A DNA stretch of 64,000 nucleotides from an uncultured Verrucomicrobiae bacterium (lineage in GTDB: Bacteria > Verrucomicrobiota > Verrucomicrobiia > Opitutales > JABDGR01): positions 608,001 through 672,000 of the forward strand of contig CAVXVB010000005.1 in the NCBI GenBank assembly GCA_963765205.1, in the 5' to 3' direction. Shown here piece by piece: positions 9,421-18,103 of this stretch (positions are counted from its first letter, which is position 1; the number at the start of each line of letters is the position of its first letter). The notes beneath the pieces were generated by a model. The model saw only the letters and a program-made list of their open reading frames with translations. It was not told the origin of the DNA and searched no databases. The position numbers and the translations under genes were made by a program.

Positions 9421-9951
9421 TCACCAGGTGGACACGACTTCGTCCTTGATTTTGACGCCGAGGTCGCGCGCGAGTTTGGCGATGCTCTGGTATTCGGATT
9501 CGCCGAAATCCACGTTGTTTTGCACAAAGGCCTCTTCGGTCACGGAGACCGGGCGATCTTTGAAGTAAACTTTGCCGTTCCGGTTGTCCACCAGCTTGCA
9601 TTGCGCGGTGAGCGTCAGCGTATAGGATTGTGCATTGAGCGTGTTGCCCAACTGCACCGCGGCGGCGCTGCGTTCGTAATTGGTGAGAACGACTTCGAGC
9701 GTCACATCCGCATCGGCCTGGCTGGCCTGGCGCAAATTGCCCTCCTGCAAGAGGGTTTGGCGCACCTCGCGGGTCACCGGCTCCTCGACTTGGGCGGCCA
9801 GGGATTGGTTTTTGACGACGGCGACGTAGATGGACTGGAAGTCGAGCTGGCCCGCCGAGCCGAGGGTGTAGTGCGCGCACCCGGCCAGCAGGCCCACGCC
9901 AAGCAGCACCGTCCCAACAAGAAAGAATATTTTGAGCCGGAGCAGGGGCAT
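9421..9951 (-). CDS. lptE: LPS assembly lipoprotein LptE family
   Basis: Lipobox LAGC followed by AHYTLGS; size and position after bamD. Confidence 0.8.
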   Translation of the reverse strand: MPLLRLKIFFLVGTVLLGVGLLAGCAHYTLGSAGQLDFQSIYVAVVKNQSLAAQVEEPVTREVRQTLLQEGNLRQASQADADVTLEVVLTNYERSAAAVQLGNTLNAQSYTLTLTAQCKLVDNRNGKVYFKDRPVSVTEEAFVQNNVDFGESEYQSIAKLARDLGVKIKDEVVSTW

Positions 9952-9981
9952 GAAGTAAACGGGTGGGTGCCGGGTAATCGT

Positions 9982-11328
9982 TTAACGGAGAGCGGGGTTG
10001 CCTTTGGTGGACGGCGCAGCGGCCGGCGGCGTTTCCACGGGAAGCGGGCCCGCTTGCGGCACGGCGCTCGGCGTACCGGGCGCGGGCAGGAACGGCTCCA
10101 AATTCGTCGTGGGGGCCTCGACCATGCCACTGACCGTCTCAACTGTTTCGTCGCCGGGTTTTTCCTGGAAATCGCCCTCCGCCGGCTGGGCGAAAGCTTC
10201 CTTCGCCAGGGTGTCAATGCGCTGCCCCTGCTCCTCGACGGGGCTGAGGGCGTGGTCGTTATACCGGCCAAAGAGCATGTCATAGGGGGTCATGGGTGGA
10301 GGCACGCCGCGGTTGATTTTGTCAATCTGCGCATGCGCCTCGCCGGCCGCGGGTGAATTGGGCGCGAAGGTGATGGCCTGGTTGTAAAACACGAGCGCGG
10401 CGCGGTTGCTGTTGCGGTAGTAATAAAAGAAGTCACCCAGCACTAATTGCGAGCGCGAGTAAACATCCAGGAGGTCATTGCGTTGCTTCTCCGCATCGGC
10501 GGCGTGCGCGCTGGCCTTGTAAAAGAACAGATAATCATCCAAGTAATGGATGGCCTGGCGCGTGGAGCCCTGGTCGTAAGAGGGGCCCACCACGAGGCTG
10601 GAGTAAACGTTGGCCAGCAAAAGGTAGGCGTCCGAGGCCAGCATGCTTTCGGGATGTTCGTTGACGAGGCGCTTAAGCGCGTCAATGGCCGTGGCCGCCG
10701 AATCGCCGGCGTCGAGGAAGCTTGCATTGCTGAGCGAAACGAGGGCGATTTTCATCAGGGCCATCGGCGCGTATTGGGTCGAGGGGGCGCTTTGGGCGAT
10801 GGACTCGTAATAATCGTTTGCCTTCATCGGGTTCTTGAACCACGGCAACCAGCCCCACAGGTAAGGCCGCTCCTTCGTCATCACATCGGCGACGTTAAAC
10901 TCCTGGCGGATGACCCCGTTGAAACTCGGATAATCGGGGTAGCGCTTGATGATGCGGTCGAAGCAATCAAACGCCGTCTCGAATTGGTGGCGTTGCAGGT
11001 AAATTAACCCTTCCTGAAACAACGCCTCGGGCGCGAACACCGAGCCGGGAAAATTGTTGATCACCTGATCGTATTGGGAGAGCGCGCTCCAATAATGGCC
11101 CGACACTTGTGCGTCCTTGGCTTTGTTCATCGCCTCGAGCGCGCTTTTCGACGCACCCATGTCGCCAAACAACGGCCCCAGCACACCGCCCTCGACCTTC
11201 CAGCCACCGTCGGGCGTCCACACGAGGTCGGCGCGCGCGCTCGGGCAGCCCAGCCACGTCGCCGCCACCGCGCACGCCAGAATAGCGGTCCAGCGGTGCA
11301 TCCCGCCATGTGAAAAATGCTTTGTCAT
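9982..11328 (-). CDS. bamD: Outer membrane protein assembly factor BamD-like TPR protein
   Basis: Signal peptide, TPR repeats (FPGSVFAPEALF, YPDYP), YDQGSTRQAI, LGDFFYY; ATG overlaps fabH TGA (ATGA). Confidence 0.8.
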   Translation of the reverse strand: MTKHFSHGGMHRWTAILACAVAATWLGCPSARADLVWTPDGGWKVEGGVLGPLFGDMGASKSALEAMNKAKDAQVSGHYWSALSQYDQVINNFPGSVFAPEALFQEGLIYLQRHQFETAFDCFDRIIKRYPDYPSFNGVIRQEFNVADVMTKERPYLWGWLPWFKNPMKANDYYESIAQSAPSTQYAPMALMKIALVSLSNASFLDAGDSAATAIDALKRLVNEHPESMLASDAYLLLANVYSSLVVGPSYDQGSTRQAIHYLDDYLFFYKASAHAADAEKQRNDLLDVYSRSQLVLGDFFYYYRNSNRAALVFYNQAITFAPNSPAAGEAHAQIDKINRGVPPPMTPYDMLFGRYNDHALSPVEEQGQRIDTLAKEAFAQPAEGDFQEKPGDETVETVSGMVEAPTTNLEPFLPAPGTPSAVPQAGPLPVETPPAAAPSTKGNPALR

Positions 11329-12317
11329 GAGTGCCATTTAATGAGCGTTGCGCCCCAGGTCAATCCCGCGCCGAAGGCCACCAGCACAATATAATCGCCG
11401 GGGTGGACGCGGCCCGCCGCGTGCGCCTCGTCCAGCGCCAGGGGAATCGAGGCCGCAGAGGTGTTGCCGTAGCGGTCAATATTGATGACAAAGCGCTCGA
11501 GGGGGATTTCGAGGCGCACGGCCAGCGCGTCGAGGATACGAATGTTGGCCTGGTGGGGGACGACGAGGGTGATTTGCGCCGCGGTGAGACCATGCTGTGC
11601 GAGCAAATCGCGGATGACCTGCTCCATCTCGCGCACGGCGATTTTGAAAACCTCCTTGCCGTTCATTTTCAAGAAATGTTTGCGCTCCTCAATGCTCGCG
11701 TGCGTCGGAGGGCAGGCTGAGCCGCCACCGGGTTGGAGCAGCAGGCGCGCCTCGCCGCCGTCGGTGTGCAGAATGCTGCCCAACACGCCAACGCCTGGCT
11801 CAGCGCTGCGCGTGAGCACGGCCGCGCCAGCGCCGTCGCCAAACAAGACGCATGTCGCGCGGTCCTGCCAGTCGAGCACCGCCGACATTTTTTCCGTGCC
11901 GACGAGGAGCGCGTTGCGATACGGCCCCGCGCGCACCAGCGCCGCGCCAATTTCCAAAATATACAAAAAACCCGAGCACGCCGCCGCCACGTCGAAGGCC
12001 GGCACCGGACGCAACCCGAGCTTGTGCTGCAATAAACAGGCGGTCGAAGGGAACAGCAAATCCGGTGTCATCGTGCCGACGATCAGCAAGTCCACGTCGG
12101 CGGGCGCGAGGCCGGCTTGGGCGAGCGCCTCGTGCGCGGCGGGCACGGCGAGGTCGGAGGGATTTTCGTCCGGCCCGGCGATGCGTCGCTCGCGGATGCC
12201 GGAGCGCGTGCGAATCCATTCATCCGAGGTCTCGACCAAGTGCGAAAGGTCGTCGTTCGTCAGCCGTTTCGCGGGCACGTGGGAACCGAGACCTTGGAGG
12301 ATAATCGAGGTGGGCAT
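11325..12317 (-). CDS. fabH: 3-oxoacyl-ACP synthase III
   Basis: ETSDEWIRTRSGIRERR, AACSGF, FGDGAGA, PHQAN, YGNTSAASIP, FGAGLTWG. Confidence 0.98.
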   Translation of the reverse strand: MPTSIILQGLGSHVPAKRLTNDDLSHLVETSDEWIRTRSGIRERRIAGPDENPSDLAVPAAHEALAQAGLAPADVDLLIVGTMTPDLLFPSTACLLQHKLGLRPVPAFDVAAACSGFLYILEIGAALVRAGPYRNALLVGTEKMSAVLDWQDRATCVLFGDGAGAAVLTRSAEPGVGVLGSILHTDGGEARLLLQPGGGSACPPTHASIEERKHFLKMNGKEVFKIAVREMEQVIRDLLAQHGLTAAQITLVVPHQANIRILDALAVRLEIPLERFVINIDRYGNTSAASIPLALDEAHAAGRVHPGDYIVLVAFGAGLTWGATLIKWHS

Positions 12318-12380
12318 CGCGGAAAGGCGATAGGCTGAGGGAGGAAGGCTGAAAATGCAAGTGCAGGCTGGTTCCATCGT

Positions 12381-12794
12381 TTACCAAGGCGCGACCAACG
12401 AAATCGTCTGGCGTTGGTGACAGCGGTAAACCTGAAAATGACGGTCGAGCGTCCACACGCTGGCCTCGGGATGGAGTTCGGCCATGCGCACCAGACAGGC
12501 ATCGGCATAGGACATGGGCTGCTCGCGGTAGCGCCGCATCAAATCACGCACCTGATGATATTCACGGTGAAAATCAAAATTGCAGCACAGAAAGCCGGTT
12601 TCGACCAAGGCGAACAATGTCTCAGGCGGATACCCCTCCCGCTCAAGCAAAAAGAGTGCTTCCGTGATGACCGCTTCGCAGGAATAGACGGTGGAAGGTG
12701 CGTGCTTGGCCTGTTCAACCACCCAAGCGTGATGCTCCTCTTAGCTGACGAGAAAAGCAAGTAGCGGGCCGGTGTCCACCAACCAGATTTTCAT
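12381..12794 (-). pseudogene. vapC: PIN-domain (VapC) toxin with in-frame TAA at codon 18
   Basis: From ATG 12794 (ATGA overlap with antitoxin stop): MKIWLVDTGPLLAFLVS*EEHHAWVV...EAVITEA...MSYADACLV...TLDRHF; stop at 12741-12743. Confidence 0.85.
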
Positions 12795-13045
12795 TGGCCA
12801 AAGCCCTCAAGATATTTCGGGTTGGTGGCCAGGTCTTTGGGGCCGCCGCGACAGATTCCCGCGAGGTGCTTGATGCGATCATACCCGGATTTCTCCGGCT
12901 GCGCTTCCGCAGCAGGCGTAACTCCGTAGGCGCGCAATGCCTGCCGCACAAAGCTGCCCTGCGAAACACGCTCCCGCCGCGCGCGCCGCCGCAACGCGGT
13001 GATTTCGGCTTTCGAGATGCGGATGGAAAGGGTCTCGGTTTGCAT
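12791..13045 (-). CDS. Ribbon-helix-helix (CopG/VapB-like) antitoxin
   Basis: TLSIRIS...LRRRARRERVSQGSFVRQAL, C-terminal GPKDLATNPKYLEGFG; coupled to PIN gene. Confidence 0.85.
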   Translation of the reverse strand: MQTETLSIRISKAEITALRRRARRERVSQGSFVRQALRAYGVTPAAEAQPEKSGYDRIKHLAGICRGGPKDLATNPKYLEGFGQ

Positions 13046-13085
13046 GGATTTCATGCAAGACATATGCCGTAGAAAAGCAAGACAA

Positions 13086-14144
13086 TTACTTGCCGCCCGC
13101 CAGCTTGTCCAGGTCCGCGCGGATGGCGCCGGTGAGGTCGTGCGCAAGGGCCTCGCCGGCGATGCGGATGGCGCCGGCGATGTAGCCGCGCGTGCTCGAG
13201 CCGTGCGACTTGATGACGAGGCGGTTCAGCCCCAGCAGCGGCGCGCCGCCGAGCGACTCGGGGTTCAGCTCATGCAGCATGGCCCGGTAGGCGCCTTGCG
13301 AGAGCAGCGCGCCCGCGCTGCGCATGGGGTTGGCCTTTAGCTCGTCCTTGAGAAAGCCCTTGAGCATGAAGAAGCACGATTCGAGCGCCTTTAGCAAAAT
13401 GTTACCGGTGAAGCCGTCGCACACGACCACGTCCACCTCGTTGCGGAAAAGCTGGAAGCCCTCGACCGGGCCGCTGTAATTGAGCACGCCGTTCGCGCCT
13501 TTGAGCAAATCGTGCGCGGCGAGGATTTTCTCGCTGCCCTTGCCCTCCTCCGTGCCGATGGTGAGCAGGCCCACACGGGGCAGACTCATGCCAAGCGCGC
13601 AGTGCGCGTATTGATTGCCCAGGAGGGCGTTGTGCAAAAGATGCTGGGGCTCGCCATCGGGGTTGGCACCCGCGTCAATCAGCACGAAACGGTGCCCACG
13701 GCTGGGGATGACCGTGGCCAGTGCCGCGCGGTCAATGCCTTCCATCGGGCGCAGGCGCAGCGTGCCGCCGGCCATGAGCGCGCCGGTGTTGCCCTGGCTG
13801 AGCACCGCCTGCGCGCGGCCTTCCTTGACCAGTTCGATGGCCCGCACCATCGAGGAATCTTTTTTGTGCTTTAGCGCGGCAATCGGTTTTTCATCCATGC
13901 CGATGACTTCGGAGGCGTGGACAATTTTGACGCGGTCGTCATTGGCCAAGCCCTCGTCGCGAAGCAGCCGTGCGAGGGCCGGCTGGTCGCCCACCAGCAA
14001 AATGCGCGTGGGGGTGGATTCGCTCCGCAAGGCCAGCCGCACGCCGGCCACGACCTCGGCCGGGCCGTGGTCGCCGCCCATGGCGTCCACCGCCAGGATG
14101 TTGCCGGCACTGCTTGAAGAAGCCAGGCCTGGGTCTGCGCTCAT
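13086..14144 (-). CDS. plsX: Phosphate acyltransferase PlsX
   Basis: LAVDAMGGDHGP, KKDSSM, GNTGAL, DAGAN, VCDGFTGN, KSHGSS. Confidence 0.98.
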   Translation of the reverse strand: MSADPGLASSSSAGNILAVDAMGGDHGPAEVVAGVRLALRSESTPTRILLVGDQPALARLLRDEGLANDDRVKIVHASEVIGMDEKPIAALKHKKDSSMVRAIELVKEGRAQAVLSQGNTGALMAGGTLRLRPMEGIDRAALATVIPSRGHRFVLIDAGANPDGEPQHLLHNALLGNQYAHCALGMSLPRVGLLTIGTEEGKGSEKILAAHDLLKGANGVLNYSGPVEGFQLFRNEVDVVVCDGFTGNILLKALESCFFMLKGFLKDELKANPMRSAGALLSQGAYRAMLHELNPESLGGAPLLGLNRLVIKSHGSSTRGYIAGAIRIAGEALAHDLTGAIRADLDKLAGGK

Positions 14145-14198
14145 GGCGTGGGGTAAGGGGGTTGCCGCCGCCGTCGGGGTCCGCCGCGCGCGGGGTGG

Positions 14199-14378
14199 TT
14201 AGACCTCGACATCAAGCACCTGCCGCCCGCGATACATGCCATTGGCGGGGTTGACGCGGTGGGGGAGGAAGGCGCTGCCGTCGGTCGGGTCCTTGGCCAG
14301 TTGCGGGGCCTTGAACCGGTTGGCGCCGCGCCGGAGGGCGCTGCGCCGCTTGGATTGCTTGCGTTTCGGATTAGCCAT
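14199..14378 (-). CDS. rpmF: 50S ribosomal protein L32 (cysteine-free form)
   Basis: Manual translation: MANPKRKQSKRRSALRRGANRFKAPQLAKDPTDGSAFLPHRVNPANGMYRGRQVLDVEV (59 aa, absent from the ORF track); upstream of plsX. Confidence 0.95.
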   Translation of the reverse strand: MANPKRKQSKRRSALRRGANRFKAPQLAKDPTDGSAFLPHRVNPANGMYRGRQVLDVEV

Positions 14379-14486
14379 GGTGACAAAAGGTAAGAAGAAA
14401 AGGCCGGGGCGCAGAGGCGCGACCGGCCCGAAGGGCCAGACTGCCCGGCGCGCCGCCCGCGGTCAAGCCGGGAAAGCGGGGATTCC

Positions 14487-15635
14487 TCACCCCTTCATCA
14501 CCCAAAACACCGCCGCCGCCAGCGCGAGGCGATACCACGCGAATACCTCCAGGCCGCGTTGGGCGATCCAACTGACAAACCAGCGCACTGTGATTAGCGC
14601 CGCGAGGGTGGCCACCACGATGCCCAGCACCAGTGGCCCCATGGGCAACCCCGCGCGCAACTCCGCCAAATGGCCGACCGCCTCGTAGCCCGACGCCGCA
14701 GTCAGCGTGAGCAACCCGAGCAAAAACGAAAATTCTGCCGCGCGCGCCGGGCGCAAGCCGACCAGGTAGCCACCGACGATGGTCGTCATCGAACGGCTGG
14801 TGCCCGGCCACAACGACGCGCACTGGCACGCGCCGATGAGCAGAGCCTGTCGCCAGGACAATTCGTGCAATTCCGGCCCCAGCGTTTCCGTGACACCGAC
14901 CGTTTTTTTCCTACGCCAGCGTTCGGCGGCGAGCATCACCAACGCCCCGGCGACCAGCGCCGCCGCCACGGGTTGGTAGGAAAACAAATGCGCGTGAATC
15001 CACTTGCCGCCCACAAAGCCCAGCGCCGCCGCCGGCAAAAACGCCAGCACAAGATTGCGGAGCAGGAGCAACCCCTGCGGGTCGCTACCCGCCACCCCGC
15101 GCAGCAAACTCCACACCCGCCGCCAATATAAAACTAAAATCGCCGCAATTGGCCCGGCCTGCACCATCACATTGTAAACATCCACCGCGTCTTTCAGCGT
15201 CAGAAAGCCCGCGTTGGCGGAACTGCCCGGATTATCCACCCATTGCAAGACATGGTGCTGGCCGCTGCCGATGGGGTCCTCGTAATCAATGGACTTCTCA
15301 CCATGGCCGTTTAAGAGAATGATGGGCTGGCCGTTCGAATCGCGCAGCGGCATTTGCCGGTCCAACCCGAGGGCGTGCGTGGCGAGAATGGTGTGGCCGA
15401 TGGACGACACCGGCAAAAATTCCGTCGTGCCCTCGACCAGGCCGAGCACCGCGGCGTCGGTGTAGGTAAGGGGCGAAAGCACCACCACCGAGGTGGCCGA
15501 GGCATGCATATTGGACGTGTCCGGGCCAGCGGACGCCATCGATGTCGGCGGGGCCGAACTCTCGGCGCGGGCCGGCCGCCCGGCGGCGAGAGCAAGCAGG
15601 AGCGAACCAAAGAAAATGCGCCGCAGGGTATTCAT
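14487..15635 (-). CDS. uppP: Undecaprenyl-diphosphate phosphatase (BacA family) with N-terminal extension
   Basis: GLVEGTTEFLPVSSIGH, PGTSRS, AAEFSFLL, FAWYRL. Confidence 0.92.
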   Translation of the reverse strand: MNTLRRIFFGSLLLALAAGRPARAESSAPPTSMASAGPDTSNMHASATSVVVLSPLTYTDAAVLGLVEGTTEFLPVSSIGHTILATHALGLDRQMPLRDSNGQPIILLNGHGEKSIDYEDPIGSGQHHVLQWVDNPGSSANAGFLTLKDAVDVYNVMVQAGPIAAILVLYWRRVWSLLRGVAGSDPQGLLLLRNLVLAFLPAAALGFVGGKWIHAHLFSYQPVAAALVAGALVMLAAERWRRKKTVGVTETLGPELHELSWRQALLIGACQCASLWPGTSRSMTTIVGGYLVGLRPARAAEFSFLLGLLTLTAASGYEAVGHLAELRAGLPMGPLVLGIVVATLAALITVRWFVSWIAQRGLEVFAWYRLALAAAVFWVMKG

Positions 15636-15732
15636 GTGTCCGCAAACATTGTGCGCCGCGCGCGAAGGGCAAGGAAAATTGCTTGTCCGCCTGCCGCCGC
15701 CGGACTATCCATTCATTACCCCGCCCTACCCC

Positions 15733-16881
15733 ATGAAAAACCGTTTTTTGATTCTGATCCCGTTGGGCCTCGCCTTGTCCGCCCGCGCGCAACTGGCCGT
15801 GTCCACCAACGACGCGCACGCCGAACTGGTCAACGGCGTCATCACTGTGCCGAAAAATCCGCCGCCGGACACGCTGGCGGTTATTGATTTGTCCGCCACG
15901 CCGCCCAAGCTCGTGGCGGAAATCGCGGGCGTCCCCGGCAGCGTCATTGGGCCGCCGTTCAGCGTGGCCGTCACCCCCGACGAGCATTACGCGCTCGTCA
16001 CCGACTGCATGAAAGTGGACCCCGCTGACCCGACGAAAACGACCACGGACAACCGCCTGACCGTGGTGGACATCCAGGGCGCCGCGCCGCACGTCGTGGC
16101 GACGCTGCCGACCGGCCAGGGGCCGTCCGGCCTGGCCATCAACCGCGCGGGCACGCTCGCGCTCGTGGCCAACCGTGGGGAAGGCACGATTTCCATTTTT
16201 TCCATCAATGGCGCGACCGTCACGCCAGAAGGCACGCTGACGATTGGCAACGCCACCTCGGCGCTCGGCACGGTGGCCATCACGCCCGACGGCAAACGCG
16301 CGCTCGTCAGCCGCGACGGCGACAACCTGGTGACCGTCCTCAACATTGACGGCGTGAAAGTCACGCTCGCCGGGCGCGATGTGCGCACGGGCTTGCGGCC
16401 CTACGGCGTGGACATCACGCGCGACGGCCATTACGCCGTCGTCGGCAACGTCGGCTACGGCAATGGCGACGTGGACACCATCGCGCTGCTCGACCTGCAG
16501 GCCGACCCCGTGCGCGTGGTGGACATCGCACCGGTGCCGCAGACCCCCGAAGGCGTCAAACTTTCGCCCGATGGCACAATTTGCGCGGTCATCGCGCAGG
16601 ACGGCAGCAACAAGCCCAAGGAATCGCCCTTCTACCACGACCACGGCCAACTGGTTTTGTTGCGCATTCGCGCCGGCAAATTTGCGCCGCTGGCGAGCGC
16701 GCCCATCGGCCATTGGTCGCAAGGCGCGGCCTTTTCCGCCGATGGCCGGACCATTCTCGTCGGCAACATGGTCGAGAAGAACATCCAAGTTTTCACCTGG
16801 GATGGCCAAACGCTGCGCGACACCGGCGCCACCATCCCCCTCCACGGCGGCTCCGCCGCCATCAGCACGGCGGCGAAGTAG
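15733..16881 (+). CDS. Secreted beta-propeller protein (YncE/YVTN-like)
   Basis: Signal peptide; repeats VAVTPDE, LAINRAG, VAITPDG, VDITRDG, KLSPDG, AFSADG. Confidence 0.85.
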   Translation: MKNRFLILIPLGLALSARAQLAVSTNDAHAELVNGVITVPKNPPPDTLAVIDLSATPPKLVAEIAGVPGSVIGPPFSVAVTPDEHYALVTDCMKVDPADPTKTTTDNRLTVVDIQGAAPHVVATLPTGQGPSGLAINRAGTLALVANRGEGTISIFSINGATVTPEGTLTIGNATSALGTVAITPDGKRALVSRDGDNLVTVLNIDGVKVTLAGRDVRTGLRPYGVDITRDGHYAVVGNVGYGNGDVDTIALLDLQADPVRVVDIAPVPQTPEGVKLSPDGTICAVIAQDGSNKPKESPFYHDHGQLVLLRIRAGKFAPLASAPIGHWSQGAAFSADGRTILVGNMVEKNIQVFTWDGQTLRDTGATIPLHGGSAAISTAAK

Positions 16882-17056
16882 TTACGGGTTTCGAGCCGTG
16901 CGACTTGCGATTTATCGAATGCTGCTTGGATTCAAAACCTCGGTCACAATTCCTTTTTGGATCCGGCCACCCAAGTGGTGATGCTCCAAGCTGGCCGATT
17001 CATGAGTGATGTTTCCAGTAACCCGCACGGCGTAGCCATGCGTAACTTTTGAATGG

Positions 17057-17977
17057 CTATGGGGATGCGGCGGCTTGCTGGGCCTTCTTCCGCTGCGGGT
17101 AGAGCGTGTTCAAGAAGTCGTCCGGAGTATATAATTGCCCGGCTTCTATGCCGTGTAGTTTGTTGGCATCAAGCGGATAAATTAAGTTCGTGCCATCAGT
17201 CTCGGCGTGGAGCCAAATCACCCTTTCTCGGCCAGGCAGGGGCGGTCCCGTGGGGAGAATCAACAGCCGCACTTCGAATGATCCCGCCTTTACCTGATCC
17301 AACGCGGCCACTTCTTCAAGCGCAGTTACGATCGACTCATTGGTGCCGCCAAAATTCGTGGATACATCTATTTGGCCGTTTCCCATGACTCGCGCCTCTG
17401 CGAAAGAAACTTGCTGGCCGCCCTCTTCGACCAGGTAGATGAATCCCGCGGGCTTGGCGAGCTCCAACCCCGCGCCTTGGATGATGGCGTTGCGATTAGC
17501 CAGATTATATTGGGCGAGTGGTTGCATAATCTCCACATGGTCGGGGTCGGTGATAAATTTTGTTGCAAGACCATCGTCTAAGCTCTCTTGGACAAGCGCA
17601 GTCCCATCCGCATAGCCGGCGGCAAAGCGAAGGTTGCCGAAATCCTTCACGGTCGAGACCTGAGTGACGTCTTCTGGTTTCAGCGGTGCAGGGCCAGGTA
17701 GGTTGGTCGGCGGTTGGATGGTTCGGGCCTGGTTCAGCGTTAGTTGGGGAGTGATGGTAGGAGTCGTGAATAGCGCGATAGCTGGCGACGAGGTGGGGAT
17801 TGGCGAAGAGGTCGGAGTTGGTGCGGAGGCCGGAGTGTTCGCGTTTGCGCGTGGCGAGAGTACTGTAATGGCAGCGGCGGTCGTCGTGGTGGCTGTATGA
17901 CCAAGCCACCAGCAGGCCAAGGCGACGAAGAGCACCAGCGCGAGAAGAAGAATACTGCGCAACCTGGGGGATTTCAT
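17057..17977 (-). CDS. Hypothetical membrane-anchored protein with Pro/Thr linker
   Basis: N-terminal TM, PT-rich linker, globular C-terminus. Confidence 0.7.
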   Translation of the reverse strand: MKSPRLRSILLLALVLFVALACWWLGHTATTTTAAAITVLSPRANANTPASAPTPTSSPIPTSSPAIALFTTPTITPQLTLNQARTIQPPTNLPGPAPLKPEDVTQVSTVKDFGNLRFAAGYADGTALVQESLDDGLATKFITDPDHVEIMQPLAQYNLANRNAIIQGAGLELAKPAGFIYLVEEGGQQVSFAEARVMGNGQIDVSTNFGGTNESIVTALEEVAALDQVKAGSFEVRLLILPTGPPLPGRERVIWLHAETDGTNLIYPLDANKLHGIEAGQLYTPDDFLNTLYPQRKKAQQAAASP

Positions 17978-18103
17978 GCGAGGCAATTGAGGCGAGGGGG
18001 CGATAGTCAATTATCCGCCACCATCAAACCCCAGCAAACCCAAAAAAAGCAATTACCTCTACTTTAATCAACAGAGGCCTGAACTTTCCTACTCGAAACA
18101 AGC

